Source: the human T2T-CHM13v2.0 reference genome, Homo sapiens. From it: a stretch of DNA of 64,000 nucleotides. Below, in pieces: positions 60,601 through 64,000 of this stretch. Numbering within the stretch: position 1 is the stretch's first letter; the number at the start of each line of letters is the position of its first letter. Location of the stretch: assembly GCF_009914755.1 (NCBI RefSeq), contig NC_060935.1; one strand, 5' to 3'. A program made the position numbers and the translations under genes. The notes below the pieces were generated by a model. The model did no database searches and had not been told where the DNA came from. It saw only the letters and a program-made list of their open reading frames with translations.

Positions 60601-63600
60601 TCACAGAGTTGAACCTTTCTTTTGATAGATAAGTTTTTAAACACTCTTTATGTGGAATCTGCAAGTGGATATTTGGAGTGCTTTGAGGCCTACGGTGGAA
60701 AAGAGAATATCTTCACATAAAAACTAGACAGAAGCATTCTCAGAGATACTTGGAGCGCTTTGAAGCCTATGGCACAAAAGGAAATATCTTCACATAGAAA
60801 TTAGACAGAAGCAATATCAGAAACTACTTTGTGATTTGTGCAATCAACTCACAGGATTGAACATTCCTTTTGATAGAGTAGTTTTGAGACACTCTGTAGA
60901 ATGTGCAAGTGGATATTTGGAACGCTTTGAGGCCTATGGTGGAAAAGGAAATATCTTCAGGTAAAAACTAGAGAGAAGCATTCTCAGAAACTTCTTTGTG
61001 ATGTGTGCACTCAGCTCTCAGAGTTGCACCTTTCTTTTGATGGAGCAGTTTTGAGACACTCTTTTTCTAGAAACTGCAAGTGGATATTTGGAGCACTTTG
61101 AGGCCTACATTGGAAAAGGAAATACCTTCACATAAAAATTAGACAGAAGCATTCTCCGAAACTTCTTTGTGATGTGTTCACTCAACTCACAGAGTTGAAC
61201 TTTTCTTTTGATAAAGCAGTTTTGAAACTTTCTTTTTTTAGTATCTGCAATTGGATATTTGGAGCTCTTTGAGGACTACAGTGGAAAAGGACATATCTTC
61301 ACATAAAAACTAGACAGAAGCATTCTCACAAACTTCTTTGTGATGTGTGCATGCAACTCACAGAGTTGAAACTGTCTTTTGATAGAGCAGTTTTGAATTA
61401 CTCTTTTTGTAGTATCTGCAAATGGATATTTGCAGCGCTTTGAGGCCTATGGTAGAAAAGGAAATATCTTCTCATAAAAAGGAGACAGAAGCATAATAAG
61501 AAATCTCTTTGTGATATGTGCATTCAACTAACAGAGTGGAACCTTACTTCAGATAGAGCAGTTTGGAAAGACTGTTTTTGTAGAATCTGCAAGTTGATAT
61601 TTGGAGCGCTTTGAGGTCTACAGTGGAAAAGGAAATATCTTCATTTAAAAACTAGACAGAAGGATTCTCAGAAACTTGTTTGTGATGTGTGCATTTTACT
61701 CACAGAGTTGAAACTTCTTTTGATGGAGCAGTTTTCAAACACTCTATTTGTAGAATCTGCTACTCGATATTTTGAACTCTTTGATGCCTACGGTGGTAAA
61801 GGAAATATCTTCTCATAAAAACTAGACAGAAGCATTCTCAGAAATGTATTTTTGATATGTGCATTTGACTCACAGTGTTGAACCTTTCTTTTGATAGAGC
61901 AGTTTTGAAGCACTCTTTTTGTAGAATCTGCAAGTGGATACTTGGAGTGCTTTGAGGCCTAAGATGGTAAAGGAAATATCTTCACATAAAAACTAGACAG
62001 AAGCATTCTCAGAAACTTCTTTGTGAAGGTGCATTCAACTCACGGAGTTGAGCCTTTCTTTTGATAGAGCAGTTTTGAAACACTCTTTTTGTAGAATCTG
62101 CAAGTGGATATTAGGAGCGCTTTGATGCCTAGAGTGGAAAAGAAAATATCATCACATGAAAACTAGACAGAAGCATTCTCAGAAATTTATTTGAGATCTG
62201 TGCATTCAATTCACAGAGTTGCAGTTTTCTTCTGATGGAGCAGATTTGAGACACTCTTTTTCTAGAAACTGCAAGTGGATATTTGGAACGCTTTGAGGGC
62301 TACAGTGGAAAAGGAAATAACTTCACATAAAAAATAGCGCTTTGAGGCCTATGGTGCATAAGGAAATATCTTCACATAAAAAGGAGACAGAAGCATTCTC
62401 AGAAACTTCTTTCTGATGTGTGCATTCAACTCACAGAGTTGAACCTTTTTTTTGATAGAGCAGTGATGAAACACTCTTGTTGTAGAATCTGTAATTCCTT
62501 CTTGGAGTGCTTTGAGGCCTATGGTGGAAAAAGAAATATCTTCACATAAAAACTAGACAGAAGCCTTCTCAGAAACTTCTTGGTGATGTGTGCATTAAAC
62601 TCACAGAGGTGAACCTTCCTTTAGATAGAGCAGTTTTGAAACACTCCTTTTGTAGGATCTGCAAGTGGATTTTTGGAGCACTTTGAGGCCTATGGTAGAA
62701 AAGTAAATATCTTCAAATAAAACCTAGACATAAGCATTCTCAGAATCTTCTTTGTGATGTGCACATTTAACTCACAGAGTTGAATCTTTCTTTTGATAGA
62801 GCAGTTTTGAAACAATCTTTTTGTAGAATCATCAAGTGTATATTTGTAGGGCTTTGAGGCCTACGGTGGAAAAGGAAATATCTTCACATAAAAACTAGCA
62901 GAAGCATTCTCAGAAACCTCTTTGTCACGTGTGCATTCAACTCACAGAGTTGAACTTTTCTTTTGTTAAAACAGTTTTGAAGCACTCTTTTTGTAGTATC
63001 TGCAAGTGGATATTTGGAGCCCTTTGACCCGTACTGTGGAAATGGAAATATGTTCACATAAAAACGAGACAGAGGCACTCTCAGAAACTTTTTGGAGATG
63101 TGTGCATTCAACTCACAGAGTTGAACCTTCCTTTTGATAGATCAGCTTTGAAACACTCTTTTGTTGAATCTGCAAGTGGATATTTGGAGTGCTTTGAGGC
63201 CTATGGTGGAAAAGGAAATATCTTCACATAAAAACTAGACAGAAGCATTCTCAGAAACTTCATTGTGATGTGTGCATAGAACTCACAGAGTTGAACCTAT
63301 TTTTTGATACAGCAGTTTTGTAACACTCTTTTTGTAGAATCTGCAAGTCGATATTTGGAGCGCTTTGAGACCTAGGTTGGAAAAGGAAATATCTTCACAT
63401 AAAAACTAGACAGAAACATTCTCAGAAACTTCTTTGTGATGTGTGCAATCAACTCACAGTGTTGAACCTTCCTATTGATAGATGAGTTTTGAAACACTCT
63501 TTCTGTAGAATCTGCAAGTGGATATTTGGAGCGCCTGGAATCCTATGGTAGAAAAGGAAATATCTTCACATAGAAACTGTACAGAAGCATTCTCAGAAAC

Positions 63601-64000
63601 ATCTATGGGATGTGTGCATTCAACTCACAGAGCTGAACCTTTCTTTTGATAGAGCAGTTTTGAAATATTCTTTCTGTGGAATCTGCAGGTGGATATTTGG
63701 AGTGCTTTGAGGCCTGTGGTGGAAAAGGAAATATCTTCACCTAAAAACTATAGAGAAGCATTCTCAGAAACTTCTTTGTGATGTGTGCATTCAACTCACA
63801 GAGTTGAACATTTCTTTTGATAGAGTAGTTTTGAAACACTCTTTCTGTAGAAACTGCTAGTGGATATTTGGAGTGCTTTGAGGCCTATGGTGGAAAAGGA
63901 AATATCTTCACATAAAAACTAGATAGAAGTATTCTCAGAAACTTCTTTGTGATGGGTGCATTCAGTTCACAGAGTTGAACCTTCCTTTTGATACAGCCGT
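54667..64000 (+). repeat. Monomeric alpha satellite, 171-bp A-type, opposite orientation to the rest of the window
   Basis: cattctcagaaacttctttgtgatgtgtgcattcaactcacagagttgaac... with the A-box gaggcctayggtggaaaaggaaatatc. gattgagcag changes to gatagagcag near 56200. Confidence 0.98.

Overview
Primate (most likely human or great-ape) pericentromeric DNA. About 50 kb is divergent, monomeric, A-type alpha satellite with no CENP-B box seen by eye, and it is interrupted by four decayed L1PA insertions. There are no intact genes: the ORFs are either L1 ORF0/ORF1/ORF2 remnants or chance frames in the satellite. I found no new protein-coding system; the notable signal is structural. (1) An L1PA4-like element carries a ~0.55 kb 3' transduction (L2-like relic plus an AluJ-like right arm) into the satellite. 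(2) A 3'-truncated L1 marks a switch in alpha-satellite polarity, while the monomer family continues unchanged across the switch. (3) A twin-primed L1PA2/3 has a TSD that diverged by reciprocal CpG decay. (4) Two L1 5'UTRs differ by the ~128-bp ZNF93-escape deletion. (5) Monomer type changes in layers from left to right, with several relic higher-order duplications and a recurrent 77-bp monomer. All comparisons were made by eye against remembered consensus sequences, so subfamily names are tentative.
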